Shown piece after piece: positions 21,176 through 31,849 of a stretch of 64,000 nucleotides of DNA. The notes beneath the pieces were generated by a model, which saw only the letters and a program-made list of their open reading frames with translations, did no database searches and had not been told where the DNA came from. The position numbers and the translations under genes are program-made. Source of the DNA: Cyanobacteriota bacterium (lineage in GTDB: Bacteria > Cyanobacteriota > Cyanobacteriia > Cyanobacteriales > Nostocaceae); NCBI GenBank assembly GCA_046045965.1, contig JBJOKS010000018.1, forward strand, positions 32,001-96,000, read 5' to 3'. Every line of letters begins with the position of its first letter. Positions within the stretch are counted from its first letter, which is position 1.

Positions 21176-21628
21176 ATGGCTATTAATTATCGAGAAAAAA
21201 TTATTGCTTTGTGGACAGTATTTCTATTAGGGACACTGTTTCATACTCAACTAGGTTTAATGCCATTATTTCATGGTTTAAATGTACTTGAATCTCAACC
21301 AGCTACATCACTCAATGAACTTTCAGGAATTTTTTGGTTAATGTTAGGCTTTTTTGTATTGCCAATGTTAGCTATTATTGGTACTGCTTTTACTGAAAAT
21401 AAACGTTATCGAATCATACATTTGGGTTTAACTATTTTTTATGGTATTATGAATTTAATGCACTTGATTTTAGATTTACTTTTACCACAAGTTTTATGGT
21501 ATCAAATCGCTTTGATGTTGCTGCTATTTTTAATTGGTTTATTGTTGATTTTTGTGGCTTATCAGTGGATGAAATCTCCCGTAATTAGAGAAAATCACTT
21601 GGGATCTAAATCTTCTACAATAATCTGA
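21176..21628 (+). CDS. Hypothetical membrane protein
   Basis: Four hydrophobic helices, 150 aa. Confidence 0.7.
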   Translation: MAINYREKIIALWTVFLLGTLFHTQLGLMPLFHGLNVLESQPATSLNELSGIFWLMLGFFVLPMLAIIGTAFTENKRYRIIHLGLTIFYGIMNLMHLILDLLLPQVLWYQIALMLLLFLIGLLLIFVAYQWMKSPVIRENHLGSKSSTII

Positions 21629-21700
21629 TTCATAGTCAAGTATTTACACTTCCATAAGTTTACCTCTTTGGTTATATTCTAATATCTAGACTTTCCCCAC

Positions 21701-22450
21701 TTAAAAAAAATCTGCTGCTTCAATTGTGGCTTGAAAAAAAACATTATACTTTTCCGTTCCCAACCACCATCCTGCATTTATTTGGGAGGGAATAGTAAAA
21801 CCTTGAAAACTGGTTTCTTGTGAAAATGTGCCACCAAAGGGTATGTATTGCCAAATTTTATCTGTTGTTTGATTTCCCCAACGTGGTAATTTAGCTTCTA
21901 AAACTCTACCATTTTCATCAATAATAAAAGTGAGATTCACCGTATCACTATCAATATTAAAACTTGCTTGAATTATATTGTTATCAATAGCTTGCCAGCT
22001 TACCTGATTTTGCGGTAATAAAGCAGATGGCAACCAAAATAATTCACCTCCACATCTACCAATACTAGAACGAGAAACATCAGAATTTTCTTCTTTTACT
22101 AATGGAATTAAACCCCAGAGTTTAAACTCTACTTTTCCTGAATTATTATAATAATAATCTGCCCCTTTAATATTAAACAATTTATTACCCATGACTGCTT
22201 GCCACACAAATCCTTTAAGAGTTAAAATTTCTGTGGCTTGCATGGTAAATTTTTGATCTTTATTTGGTTGAAAATAACCTTGCATTTTTAACTTCACACC
22301 AGTTGCTAAAGGTGTTCCCAGAGTAATAGCGTGTAAGAAATAACGTTGTACTGGTGCTGGTAATTCCGCAATTAAATCTTGGGTGAATATCTGTTTTGTT
22401 GTTGGATATTCCAGACTTAGCCAAATTTGATTAATGTTTTGTTTGTTCAT
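21701..22450 (-). CDS. DUF6544-like protein
   Basis: LPAPVQRYF, GFVWQA, ELFWLPSALLP, P..INAGW; ATG at 22450 preferred. Confidence 0.7.
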   Translation of the reverse strand: MNKQNINQIWLSLEYPTTKQIFTQDLIAELPAPVQRYFLHAITLGTPLATGVKLKMQGYFQPNKDQKFTMQATEILTLKGFVWQAVMGNKLFNIKGADYYYNNSGKVEFKLWGLIPLVKEENSDVSRSSIGRCGGELFWLPSALLPQNQVSWQAIDNNIIQASFNIDSDTVNLTFIIDENGRVLEAKLPRWGNQTTDKIWQYIPFGGTFSQETSFQGFTIPSQINAGWWLGTEKYNVFFQATIEAADFF

Positions 22451-22477
22451 ATTTTGTGAATATATTAACCGAACATA

Positions 22478-22506
22478 GTAAGAGTTTAGCATTGCTAAAC
22501 CCCTAC
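22478..22506. repeat. REP-like 29-bp palindrome
   Basis: GTAAGAGTTTAGCA-T-TGCTAAACCCCTAC; related copy at 30400-30428. Confidence 0.7.
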
Positions 22507-22517
22507 TGATTACTTAC

Positions 22518-25286
22518 CTACAAATCAATCTCCGCTTTTAACACAGTTGCATCATTAGTATGTGACATCTTAAAACCGAGTCTTTCACATACTTTCTGCA
22601 TTCCTAAATTATCAGCCAATATATCAGCAGATATAGAAGAGATTTTCTCGTTTCTACCTACTTCTATTAACCTCCTGAGTAACTCTGTACCTAAGCCTTG
22701 ACATTGATAGCGATCGCTAATTAACATAGCAAATTCCGCCCCATCATTACCATGTAATTTACTCAATCTTCCCACTGCTAAAATTTCCGTTTCTCTGGTT
22801 TCTGGATTTTGATATTCTGCGACTAATGCCATTTCTCGATCATAGTCAATAAAACAAATTCTGGTAAGTCGTTCATGGGCTATTCTTTGACTTAATTTAA
22901 TTAAGTGAAAATAACGTAAATACACACTTTCTTCTGATAGTGTTTGATGGAATTTAACTATCAATGGTTCATCTTCAGGACGGATAGGACGGATATTAAT
23001 TGGTGTCCCATTTTTCAATGTCCAATTACCAACATATTGGTGAGGATAGGGACGAATTCCTAATTTCGGTAATTGATCATCTTCAACATCAGCAGGATGT
23101 AAAACTATCCTCCCATCTAAAGCTATTAAACCACCAGGATGATCAGGACTAGGAGGAATAGCTAATAAAGGATTAATATCAATTTCTTTAATCGCTGGTT
23201 GTTCTACGACCAAATGACTAAATACTACTAACAATTCCTCCAAAGCTGCCATATTTATACTTTCTCTACCCCGCACACCTTTTAAGGCTTTATAGATTTT
23301 GGTTTGTTCCATCATCCTTCTTGCTAGGGTACTATTTAAAGGTGGTAAAGCAATGGCACTATCTTGAAAAACTTCCACCAATTGTCCCCCAGCACCAAAT
23401 AATAATACTGGTCCAAACTGCGGATCTAAACTACTACCAATGATTAATTCATAACCGCTAGTTTTTACCATTTGCTGCACGGTTACGCCTAAAAAATCTT
23501 CTGGCTTGGCTTTTTCTAATACCGAAGTTTCTATTAAATGATAGGCTTTTTTTACAGCTTCGGCATTTCTTAAATTTAACTGCACCCCACCCACATCTGT
23601 TTTATGGGTAATTGTTTGAGAATACAATTTTAAAACCACTGGATAACCAATTTTTTCAGCACATTCTACCGCTTCTTCTGCACTTTTAGCAATGCTTCCA
23701 GCTACTACAGGAATACCATAAGCAGCTAAGACTTCCTTAGATTCAAATTCTGTTAAAATCGTTCTTCCTGCTTTTCTGGCATCGTTAATAATGGTTTCAA
23801 CTAATGCACAATTACGGGAACTACTATCACATTCTAAACTTGATAGTACAGGAGTTTCATAAATTCCCTTTAAGTTATAACTATACCGCCACATATAGCT
23901 AAATATCCGCGCTGCGGTATCGGGATAAGGATATGTAGGAATACCTTGACGGTTAAGAATTTGTTGCCCTTCTGCTACATCTTCTCCACCCATCCAACTT
24001 GCTAAAATTGGTTTATTCGACATTTGCGCGTAGGGTTCTAATTGTTCAGCAATTTTTGTCGGATCGGTCATTGCTTGGGGTGTTAAAATTACTAACAAAC
24101 CATCACTATTAGGATCTTTGGCAGCAATTTCTAAAGCTTTTGTATAACGTTGAGGATCTGCATCTCCTAAAATATCAATAGGGTTATTATGACTCCATTG
24201 TGGGGGTAAAATTTCATTTAAACCCTGCATGACTTCTTCAGAAATTGGTGCAAGTTCTCCCTTACTTTCTATTAATGTATCAGTGGCTAATACTCCTGGT
24301 CCACCGGCATTAGTTAAAATTGTTAATCTTGGACCTTTGGGTCGCGGTTGTTTTGCTAATACTTCTGACATATCAAATAAATCAGAAATACTATCAACTC
24401 TTAATACTCCACACCGACGAAAAGCTGCATCTAAAACAGCATCACTTCCTGCTAATGATCCTGTATGAGAAGCGGCCGCTTTTGCTGCTGCTGCGGTACG
24501 ACCAGCTTTAATAACAATTATCGGTTTTGTTAATGCTACTTCTCGCGCTGCGGAAAGAAAAGAACGCGCATCACCGATTGATTCCATATAGATTACAATA
24601 CTTTTTGTATTGGGATCATCTCCCAAATAATAAATTAAGTCTCCCCAACCTATATCTAACATTGAACCGATAGAAACAAAGGCACTAAAACCAACGTTTT
24701 CCTGTAAACTCCAATCCAAAATTGATGTACATAATGCCCCACTTTGACTTAAGAAACCTACATTTCCTGGTTGTGCCATTTTACTAGCAAATGTAGCATT
24801 TAAACCAGAAATTGGACTCATAACTCCTAAACAGTTTGGTCCAATAATTCTAATTTTTCCTTTGTGTGCTATTTCCAGAATTTCTTGTTCTAAAGCAATT
24901 CCTTTTTCTCCTGCTTCTTTAAAACCAGCAGAGATAATTATTGCTCCTTTAATTCCGGCTTTTACGCAATCAGTAATAATTTGTGGTACTGTGGGTGCAG
25001 GGGTAGCAATTACCGCTAAATCAATTTTTTCAGGAACATCAAAAATTGTCGGATAGGCTTTAATTCCTAATACACTATTGCGTTTGGGATTGATGGGAAA
25101 TACTGTACCATTGAAAGGGTTTGTAATTAAATTCCAGAGTAAGGTTCTACCCACACTTCCGGGTTTTTCACTTGCACCAATGACGGCTACGGTTTGAGGG
25201 GCAAAAATCGCGTCTAAGGGGTTGATTTTCTCGGTTTGTAAGATGTCGTAAGCTTTGTCTGTCGTTGGTTTGATAGATGCTTGCAT
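22518..25286 (-). CDS. Acetate-CoA ligase (ADP-forming) alpha/beta fused to GNAT (Pat family)
   Basis: [43 protein letters not shown]-terminal GNAT (YQCQGLG). Confidence 0.92.
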   Translation of the reverse strand: MQASIKPTTDKAYDILQTEKINPLDAIFAPQTVAVIGASEKPGSVGRTLLWNLITNPFNGTVFPINPKRNSVLGIKAYPTIFDVPEKIDLAVIATPAPTVPQIITDCVKAGIKGAIIISAGFKEAGEKGIALEQEILEIAHKGKIRIIGPNCLGVMSPISGLNATFASKMAQPGNVGFLSQSGALCTSILDWSLQENVGFSAFVSIGSMLDIGWGDLIYYLGDDPNTKSIVIYMESIGDARSFLSAAREVALTKPIIVIKAGRTAAAAKAAASHTGSLAGSDAVLDAAFRRCGVLRVDSISDLFDMSEVLAKQPRPKGPRLTILTNAGGPGVLATDTLIESKGELAPISEEVMQGLNEILPPQWSHNNPIDILGDADPQRYTKALEIAAKDPNSDGLLVILTPQAMTDPTKIAEQLEPYAQMSNKPILASWMGGEDVAEGQQILNRQGIPTYPYPDTAARIFSYMWRYSYNLKGIYETPVLSSLECDSSSRNCALVETIINDARKAGRTILTEFESKEVLAAYGIPVVAGSIAKSAEEAVECAEKIGYPVVLKLYSQTITHKTDVGGVQLNLRNAEAVKKAYHLIETSVLEKAKPEDFLGVTVQQMVKTSGYELIIGSSLDPQFGPVLLFGAGGQLVEVFQDSAIALPPLNSTLARRMMEQTKIYKALKGVRGRESINMAALEELLVVFSHLVVEQPAIKEIDINPLLAIPPSPDHPGGLIALDGRIVLHPADVEDDQLPKLGIRPYPHQYVGNWTLKNGTPINIRPIRPEDEPLIVKFHQTLSEESVYLRYFHLIKLSQRIAHERLTRICFIDYDREMALVAEYQNPETRETEILAVGRLSKLHGNDGAEFAMLISDRYQCQGLGTELLRRLIEVGRNEKISSISADILADNLGMQKVCERLGFKMSHTNDATVLKAEIDL

Positions 25287-25369
25287 AATTACTCCTTAAT
25301 TAGTTATTAGTCATTAGTTATTGGGTATTAGTGTTTTTTTTCAATTACCCATTACCTATTACCCATTTT

Positions 25370-25837
25370 TCACTCTGAATTCATCCCTAAATTGTTATGT
25401 TTATCTAGAATTTGCATAATTTTTGATAGTGCAGTGGTAATACCTTTTTGTGCTGTAGGTGAAATGCGATCGCTCAATTCAAAATTAACACCTGGGACAG
25501 TGACTAACCATGCTAATGGACAATTACCATAGAGAAATTGAGCCAGAAAAAGTAAGGTTTGCGGATCACTTGTATGGGGATTAATAGTATTTGATTCACT
25601 AGGTAATAATGGTTTTACCTGTACTTCATGAGATTGGGAATTAATACAGGCATCCACAAAAATTGCTAACTGAGAATTTGCCAAAGGTTCAGCTAATTCT
25701 GGTGTAAGTTGGTGAACAGCAACTGATTTTACAGATGATAAACACCAAAATTTTATAGCCTTTGCTACCTGTTGTCCAATGGCATCATCACCCCGTAATT
25801 CATTACCGTAACCAATCACTATTGCAGTTCCACTCAT
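25370..25837 (-). CDS. hoxW: Hydrogenase maturation protease
   Basis: IGYGNELRGDDAIG, HQLTPELAE, IFVDA; near hoxH. Confidence 0.85.
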   Translation of the reverse strand: MSGTAIVIGYGNELRGDDAIGQQVAKAIKFWCLSSVKSVAVHQLTPELAEPLANSQLAIFVDACINSQSHEVQVKPLLPSESNTINPHTSDPQTLLFLAQFLYGNCPLAWLVTVPGVNFELSDRISPTAQKGITTALSKIMQILDKHNNLGMNSE

Positions 25838-26037
25838 TACCTGATCATCCTCTTAGTAAGTCACTAATTGCTTGTATTATTAGACATTTTAGCTTTTGGA
25901 TTGCTAATTCCCTTTCCCTTGTAAATATACCTTGGTTGAAATCCATCTCTCACAATCATTTGACAAATTAGTAGAATTGGCATATTGTCATTTAAAATCA
26001 GCATTCTCTTCTTTATATTTGAGCTTAAAACAAAAGT

Positions 26038-26056
26038 TTGAGGAACTTGTGAGGAA
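26038..26056 (-). promoter_or_regulatory. Direct-repeat box copy 3 (faces hoxW and acetate-CoA ligase)
   Basis: Minus strand TTCCTCACAAGTTCCTCAA, 10 nt, then TAAGCT. Confidence 0.85.
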
Positions 26057-26205
26057 ATATAATAATTTAACAATTACTATTTTTCGACAACTTGACAAAT
26101 TTATGTTAATACTCTATTCCTTTTCAGAATTATTAGTTATATGATTAATTTGCGTGGTGAAATCAAACCCGTTAAAAAAAATTAGATAAATTGTGAGGCT
26201 GTTTT

Positions 26206-26592
26206 ATGCCTGAAGTAAATTTTCAACAGCCAATTAAGAGTGCTGCTACTCTGATTGAGGAATATGTAGCGGGAAAACGAGACTTTGAACGAGCAGAATT
26301 AGGTGATGCTAATCTGCAAGGTGTAGACTTAAAAGGGTCTGACCTCAGCTATGCTGATTTAAGTACAGCCAACCTCAGCCGTGCTATTCTGCGGGGATGT
26401 GATCTTAGCTATACTGATTTGAGTCAAGCTAATTTACAAAATGCAGATTTGCGAGGTGCGATGTTGTTTTCTGCGGATCTGCGTCAAGCTGATTTACAGG
26501 GAACACGTTTAGAAAAAGCAGATTGCGACCATAACACCCATTTTCCCCCAAATTTTGATGCTATTACAGCTGGTGTAAAGATGAGCAAATAA
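26206..26592 (+). CDS. Pentapeptide repeat protein
   Basis: A(D/N)Lxx repeats. Confidence 0.9.
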   Translation: MPEVNFQQPIKSAATLIEEYVAGKRDFERAELGDANLQGVDLKGSDLSYADLSTANLSRAILRGCDLSYTDLSQANLQNADLRGAMLFSADLRQADLQGTRLEKADCDHNTHFPPNFDAITAGVKMSK

Positions 26593-26608
26593 CCGGATGA
26601 ATACTGAT

Positions 26609-26633
26609 GCGGCTATATCAGCCGCCTATTTTT
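26609..26633 (+). terminator. Rho-independent terminator
   Basis: GCGGCT-atatc-AGCCGC followed by CTATTTTT. Confidence 0.65.
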
Positions 26634-26846
26634 ATACAGATGTAAATATTAAAAGTTAATAAAACCCTAATAGATCACTTGACAAATATAATAGCAGATT
26701 TGATATATAGCAGTTCCCATGCTCGTGAGGTACAAAGTTTTTTAGTTTTAGGGAACAGGGAAATCTTAACAGGGAATAAATTGGTATTTACTTCATTAGA
26801 CTGAGCAACTCTACAATATCATACGTTATATTATAGTAAAAATTAC

Positions 26847-26963
26847 TATAGGAATCATATTTGATTCTTGAAAAACACTCCTTACACTTTCCTTGTTAAG
26901 AGTTCCCTGTTAAGATTTCCCTCTCTACACAGATAATTTCAAAAATCAAATACCAGTCCTATA
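26847..26963. mobile_element. MITE with ~27-bp imperfect TIRs and TA ends
   Basis: TATAGGAATCATATTTGATTCTTGAAA ... TTTCAAAAATCAAATACCAGTCCTATA (4 mismatches). Confidence 0.7.
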
Positions 26964-26985
26964 TCAACCGAAATTAATAAAACCC

Positions 26986-27501
26986 ATGAGAAAGATCCGC
27001 TTATTTATTGCTTCTAGTCTCGACGGATATATTGCAGATAAAACCGGGAAAGTAGATTGGTTATTTACTGACGATGATTATGGTTATTCTGAGTTTTTTA
27101 ACCAAATAGATACTTTAATCATGGGAAATAAAACATATCAACAAATTCTCGGTTTTGGTGAATATCCCTATCCTGGAAAAGAAGCATTTGTTTTTTCCAA
27201 GATGCAGCATGGAGAACAAGATGATCATGTCAAATTTGTCGGGGAAGATTTAGAGAACTTTATCAAAAACTTACGTCGATCTAGTGGTGATGATATTTGG
27301 CTAGTTGGTGGTTCACAGGTAATCGAATTTTTTATGGAAAAGGGATTTTTGGATGAAATTATTATTGCTATCCATCCAATTATTTTAGGGGATGGTATTC
27401 CTTTATTTAGCAAGAATACCAATATTACGCAAAGATTAGATTTAATAGATGTGAAAACGTATCCTTCGGGATTAGTGCAAGTTTATTATTTATTCTGTTA
27501 A
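26986..27501 (+). CDS. RibD C-terminal/dihydrofolate reductase family protein
   Basis: IASSLDGYIA, MGNKTY, IWLVGG, PIILGDGIPLF. Confidence 0.9.
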   Translation: MRKIRLFIASSLDGYIADKTGKVDWLFTDDDYGYSEFFNQIDTLIMGNKTYQQILGFGEYPYPGKEAFVFSKMQHGEQDDHVKFVGEDLENFIKNLRRSSGDDIWLVGGSQVIEFFMEKGFLDEIIIAIHPIILGDGIPLFSKNTNITQRLDLIDVKTYPSGLVQVYYLFC

Positions 27502-27599
27502 ATCAATGATCACCGCTTGACTTCACCCCTTTCAATAACAAAAATTTTTCCTTTTTCCTCCCCTGTAGGGGAGGGTTAGGGAATGGGGAATCTCAATAA

Positions 27600-29048
27600 T
27601 TAATCCCTGACAATTTGATTAACTATTGTGCCATCTTTTGCCACTAATTCTATTAGTACAGGCATTTGTCCCACCGCATGAGTAGAACAACTTAAACAAG
27701 GATCAAAAGCCCGAATACCAGCCTCCACACGGTTTAACATTCCTTCTTTAATTTCACTACCTTGGATAAAATAACGGGCAATTTGAGCAACTGTACGATT
27801 CATTGCTAAGTTATTTTGACCAGTTGCAATAATTAAATTTACCTTCAACATCAAACCATTTTCATCAACTTGATAATGATGGAATAAAGTCCCCCTTGGT
27901 GCTTCACTCACACCCACAGCTTCTAATTGATTAATACCAGCTTCCGCACGCAGACGAGTTGATAAAATCTCTGGGTCATCAAGTAAAATTTCGATGTGTT
28001 CAATACAAGCCAAAATTTCAATTAACCGCGCATAGTGATAAAAGAAAGAAGATTTTACCGTACCAGTTCCATAACTGCGAAATTCTTTTAATTCCTTATC
28101 AGCTAAAGGTGTACCAATGTGACTGCAAATATTCAATCTTGCTAAAGGTCCAACCCGATACATTCCACTATCTAAACGACAATGATCACTTGTGTCTGGA
28201 TAGCCTAAAGGACGATAGTAAGGAGATTTCAAATAAGAATCTTCTTGAACTGCTTCACCAAGAAATTCTTGATAATTAGCAGCATCTAATTTATCAGCAA
28301 CTATGTTTCCCGCACTATCAACAAAACGGATATGTCCATCATAAGTTTCCCATAAACCTTCTGATGTGACTAACCCCATAAATAAACTAGGGAAATTACC
28401 AAAAGTTTGCGCTTCTTTTTCGTAATCTTTTAACAAGCCCTTAAATAAATCTATGGCATTTAAAACAGTGGTTTTAGCTTCAGGAATACGTTGTTGAATG
28501 TGAGTGCGATTTTCTTGGGTTAAAGGATCACTAACTCCACCAGGAACCGCCCAAGAAGGATGGATTTTTTTCCCTCCTAATAATTCAATAATTTCTTGTC
28601 CAAATTGCCGTAAACGAATACCACCTCTGGCTAATTCTGGATCTGCGGCTATCAAACCAAATACGTTACGGTTAGCAGGTTCGCTATCCATTCCTAATAA
28701 TAAATCTGGGGCGCTAAGGTGAAAGAAACTCAAAGCATGAGATTGGACAATTTGCCCTAAATTCATTAAACGGCGTAATTTTGTAGCGGTTTTGGGGATA
28801 GTTACAGCCAGAATTTGGTCGCCTGTTTTTGCTGATGCTAACAAATGGCTTACCGGACAAATACCGCAAATTCTCGCAGTAATTCCTGGCATTTCTGGAA
28901 ACGGACGACCCACACAAAACTTTTCAAAACCGCGAAATTCTGTCACATGAAACCGCGCATCATTTACTTGACCGTCATCGTCTAAATAAATGCTAATTTT
29001 CGCGTGTCCTTCAATGCGAGTAACCGGATCAATAATTATTTTTTTCAT
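27600..29048 (-). CDS. hoxH: Bidirectional NiFe hydrogenase large subunit
   Basis: [25 protein letters not shown]; start set at MKKII (the longer ORF start is STRR-derived). Confidence 0.97.
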   Translation of the reverse strand: MKKIIIDPVTRIEGHAKISIYLDDDGQVNDARFHVTEFRGFEKFCVGRPFPEMPGITARICGICPVSHLLASAKTGDQILAVTIPKTATKLRRLMNLGQIVQSHALSFFHLSAPDLLLGMDSEPANRNVFGLIAADPELARGGIRLRQFGQEIIELLGGKKIHPSWAVPGGVSDPLTQENRTHIQQRIPEAKTTVLNAIDLFKGLLKDYEKEAQTFGNFPSLFMGLVTSEGLWETYDGHIRFVDSAGNIVADKLDAANYQEFLGEAVQEDSYLKSPYYRPLGYPDTSDHCRLDSGMYRVGPLARLNICSHIGTPLADKELKEFRSYGTGTVKSSFFYHYARLIEILACIEHIEILLDDPEILSTRLRAEAGINQLEAVGVSEAPRGTLFHHYQVDENGLMLKVNLIIATGQNNLAMNRTVAQIARYFIQGSEIKEGMLNRVEAGIRAFDPCLSCSTHAVGQMPVLIELVAKDGTIVNQIVRD

Positions 29049-29132
29049 AAGAGACTGGGGACTGGGGACTGGGGACTGGGGACTGGGAATTACTATTTTC
29101 TCAATCCCCAATTATGAATTACGAATTATCAA

Positions 29133-29747
29133 TTACAGATCATAAACCCTAGCTTCTTCGGCTTCTGGATACTCTTCACAGTATTCTTCAAAAGCTGTTT
29201 TTAGGGGTTTCATAGCCCGTTGGTGAGAAATTTCGGCTTGTATTTCTTCTACCACATCCCAAGCGGCTGCACATTCGGGGGAATTAATACCTTTGTCTGC
29301 ACAAACAAGACGGGCTTTTCTAATTTCATCTTGTAATTCTTGTTCTAACAGAATTGAATGAGGTTTTTCTAAAGAACTGCTTCCAGCCAAGATATCAGTT
29401 AATGAGATTATTCCTAATAATTCACCACTAATTACAGGCGCACGCCGCAAATGATGATCAGCAAATAATCTCGCTACATATTCTAAACCCAGACTAGGAT
29501 TAACAACAATGCAAGGTTTAGTCATGATTTCATAGATACGGACTTTATTTGGGTCTTTTCCATAAGCTATAACTTTATAAACAATATCGCTTTCAGTCAC
29601 AATTCCATAAGCATCTTGTTCATGACGACGATCTACAATTAACGCTCTCCAGTCTCTAGCTTTCATTAAATCAACCGCTTCTTTGACTGTAGCAGAACCA
29701 CGAATCATTGCTACATCTTTTGTCATTACATCTGCTGCTGTTAACAT
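29133..29747 (-). CDS. CBS-CP12 fusion protein
   Basis: CBS pair then C..ECAAAWDVVEE and YCEEYPEAEEARVYD. Confidence 0.9.
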   Translation of the reverse strand: MLTAADVMTKDVAMIRGSATVKEAVDLMKARDWRALIVDRRHEQDAYGIVTESDIVYKVIAYGKDPNKVRIYEIMTKPCIVVNPSLGLEYVARLFADHHLRRAPVISGELLGIISLTDILAGSSSLEKPHSILLEQELQDEIRKARLVCADKGINSPECAAAWDVVEEIQAEISHQRAMKPLKTAFEEYCEEYPEAEEARVYDL

Positions 29748-29825
29748 AATTCACCTCTTTAAAAAATAGGGTACTGGGTACTGGGTACTGGGTACTGGGG
29801 ATAATAATTAATTACCAATTACCAA

Positions 29826-30371
29826 TTACCCAAACTTAATCATTTCTCTGCCTTCCATTAGTGGTTTTTCTCCTTTTAATAATGGTTCAAGTGTGGCACG
29901 AATACGGGGGGCTGAAGGTGGACAACCGGGTAAATAAATATCAACTGGTACTACATAATGAACAGGTATAACTGTATCAAGTAATGGGGGAACTATACCA
30001 GGTGAATGGGGAATTTTTTGGTTAATATCAGCACCTTGAATATAAGCTAATTGCAAGCTGACATCAGCATTTCCTGTCGGGTTACGCATGGCGGTTACAT
30101 TACCAGTTACAGCGCAATCTCCAAAGGAAATTATTGTTTTGGTGCGTTGTCTAATAATGTGGATTAATTCTAAATGTTCTTCGTTAGCTATAGCCCCTTC
30201 AACTAATACCACATCCACACCTTCTGGATATTCTTTAATATCAGCAATGGGACTATAAACTACATCCACTTGTTCGGCTAAATCTATTAACCATTCATCC
30301 AAATCAAGAAAAGACATATGACATCCAGAACAACCACCTAACCATACTGTTGCGAATTTAATTTTAGTCAT
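29826..30371 (-). CDS. hoxY: Hydrogenase small subunit
   Basis: WLGGCSGCHMS, GDCAVTG, LPGCPP. Confidence 0.95.
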   Translation of the reverse strand: MTKIKFATVWLGGCSGCHMSFLDLDEWLIDLAEQVDVVYSPIADIKEYPEGVDVVLVEGAIANEEHLELIHIIRQRTKTIISFGDCAVTGNVTAMRNPTGNADVSLQLAYIQGADINQKIPHSPGIVPPLLDTVIPVHYVVPVDIYLPGCPPSAPRIRATLEPLLKGEKPLMEGREMIKFG

Positions 30372-30430
30372 TTTTTACCTTGTTAGTAATTTGTTTTTTG
30401 TAGGGGTTTAGGATTGCTAAAACCTTACTT

Positions 30431-30952
30431 TCAATGATCATTTGTAATTAATGATTTCCATTCTTTAACAACATGAACAGGAACTGAGAGATTAATAGAT
30501 TTGAGACCAGGTAAAGGTATTGCTAAATTTAAAGATTCTGGAGGTAATTGGGGCAGTATTTTAGTGAAATCATATTGACCAATAGTAGGGGCTGGTGCTT
30601 CATCTAAAAACACATCTGCTGCATTCCAAACTTTACCTGTATCTGAGGTGATTTTTAAAGGTTGGGGATGAATTAATTCCGCAGTACCAGGAAAACCAAC
30701 TAACCGGAGATTGATTGTAGTTGCTTCACCAGGATAGACTTGTTTAAATAATACAACCTGCCAAACCTTACCTGATTGATCATCTAATTTTGTTTGTGAG
30801 CGATAAAGAATTTCTCCTGGTATTTCTTCTATTTTGGTAACAACAGCAATTGCACTCTTGAAGGTGAAATTTGCTAAACCCAGGAATATAACTATTGTCA
30901 ATATTCCCAGTAATATCACCCGTAAAAATATTTTTCCAATCCAGTGGAACAT
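30431..30952 (-). CDS. DUF3122-like protein in hox cluster
   Basis: N-terminal signal/TM, WQVVLFK, LRLVGFPG..HPQPL. Confidence 0.75.
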   Translation of the reverse strand: MFHWIGKIFLRVILLGILTIVIFLGLANFTFKSAIAVVTKIEEIPGEILYRSQTKLDDQSGKVWQVVLFKQVYPGEATTINLRLVGFPGTAELIHPQPLKITSDTGKVWNAADVFLDEAPAPTIGQYDFTKILPQLPPESLNLAIPLPGLKSINLSVPVHVVKEWKSLITNDH

Positions 30953-31003
30953 CAGATTTACCTCCCGGTAATTGATAAGAAATATTCCCCGGTTCCCAAC
31001 CTT

Positions 31004-31720
31004 CTAAAAATTCCATTGTTTTTTCTCCCTTGCAGTGACTAAAAAATCAATTTTGCCCCGTTCATGTACCATTTCACTGACGCTTGAACCTTTATTAAAC
31101 AGCGCACCTGTGGGACAGGCATTCACACATTTACCACAGGAAGTACAAGTTTGAGAAGTTCCCCAAGGCTGATTTAAATCAGTAATCACGTGAGATTTTG
31201 ATCCTCTTCCTGCCATATCCCAAGTATGTGCGCCTTCGATTTCATCACAGACACGAACACAACGAGTACAAAGTACACAACGATTATGATCAATCCCAAA
31301 ACGGTCATGAGAAGTATCAACGGCACGAACAGGATTTTGATATTCTAATCTGACGTGATCCATACCCATTTCGATAGCTAAATCTTGTAATTCACAATTG
31401 CCATTAGCAACACAAACAGAACAAATGTGATTACCTTCTGCAAATAGCATTTCGATGATTGTACGACGGTATTTTTGCAAGCGATCGCTGTTTGTCGTCA
31501 CCTCCATTCCTTCTGAAACTTTTGTGACACAAGCTGGTAAAAGTCTATTCATCCCCGCAATTTCTACCAAACACAATCTACAAGCTCCCACATCTCCCAC
31601 ACCTTCTAAATGACAAAGTGTAGGAATATGCACACCCGCTTCTTGCGCTGCTTCTAATAAGGTTTCATCCTCACGGGCGCTAATCATTTGCCCGTTAATT
31701 GTTAATGTTTTTACTGTCAT
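31004..31720 (-). CDS. hoxU: Diaphorase subunit HoxU
   Basis: [38 protein letters not shown]. Confidence 0.97.
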   Translation of the reverse strand: MTVKTLTINGQMISAREDETLLEAAQEAGVHIPTLCHLEGVGDVGACRLCLVEIAGMNRLLPACVTKVSEGMEVTTNSDRLQKYRRTIIEMLFAEGNHICSVCVANGNCELQDLAIEMGMDHVRLEYQNPVRAVDTSHDRFGIDHNRCVLCTRCVRVCDEIEGAHTWDMAGRGSKSHVITDLNQPWGTSQTCTSCGKCVNACPTGALFNKGSSVSEMVHERGKIDFLVTAREKKQWNF

Positions 31721-31849
31721 AATAATTTGGTAATGGGTAATGGGTAATTGCTAATTGGTGATTGGTAATTGGTGATAGGGAAGAAAGAATAAACTCTTGC
31801 CTTTTGCCTTTTGCCTCTTGCCTTCTTACTGTTCCCTGTTCCCTGTTCC

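Noticed and set aside
25762..26144. Three overlapping ~70-aa ORFs upstream of hoxW
   Set aside because: No recognisable motifs; they overlap the promoter box and each other
29049..29111. N-terminal extension of HoxH ([12 protein letters not shown])
   Set aside because: Derived from a CCCCAGT repeat; the conserved start is MKKII at 29048
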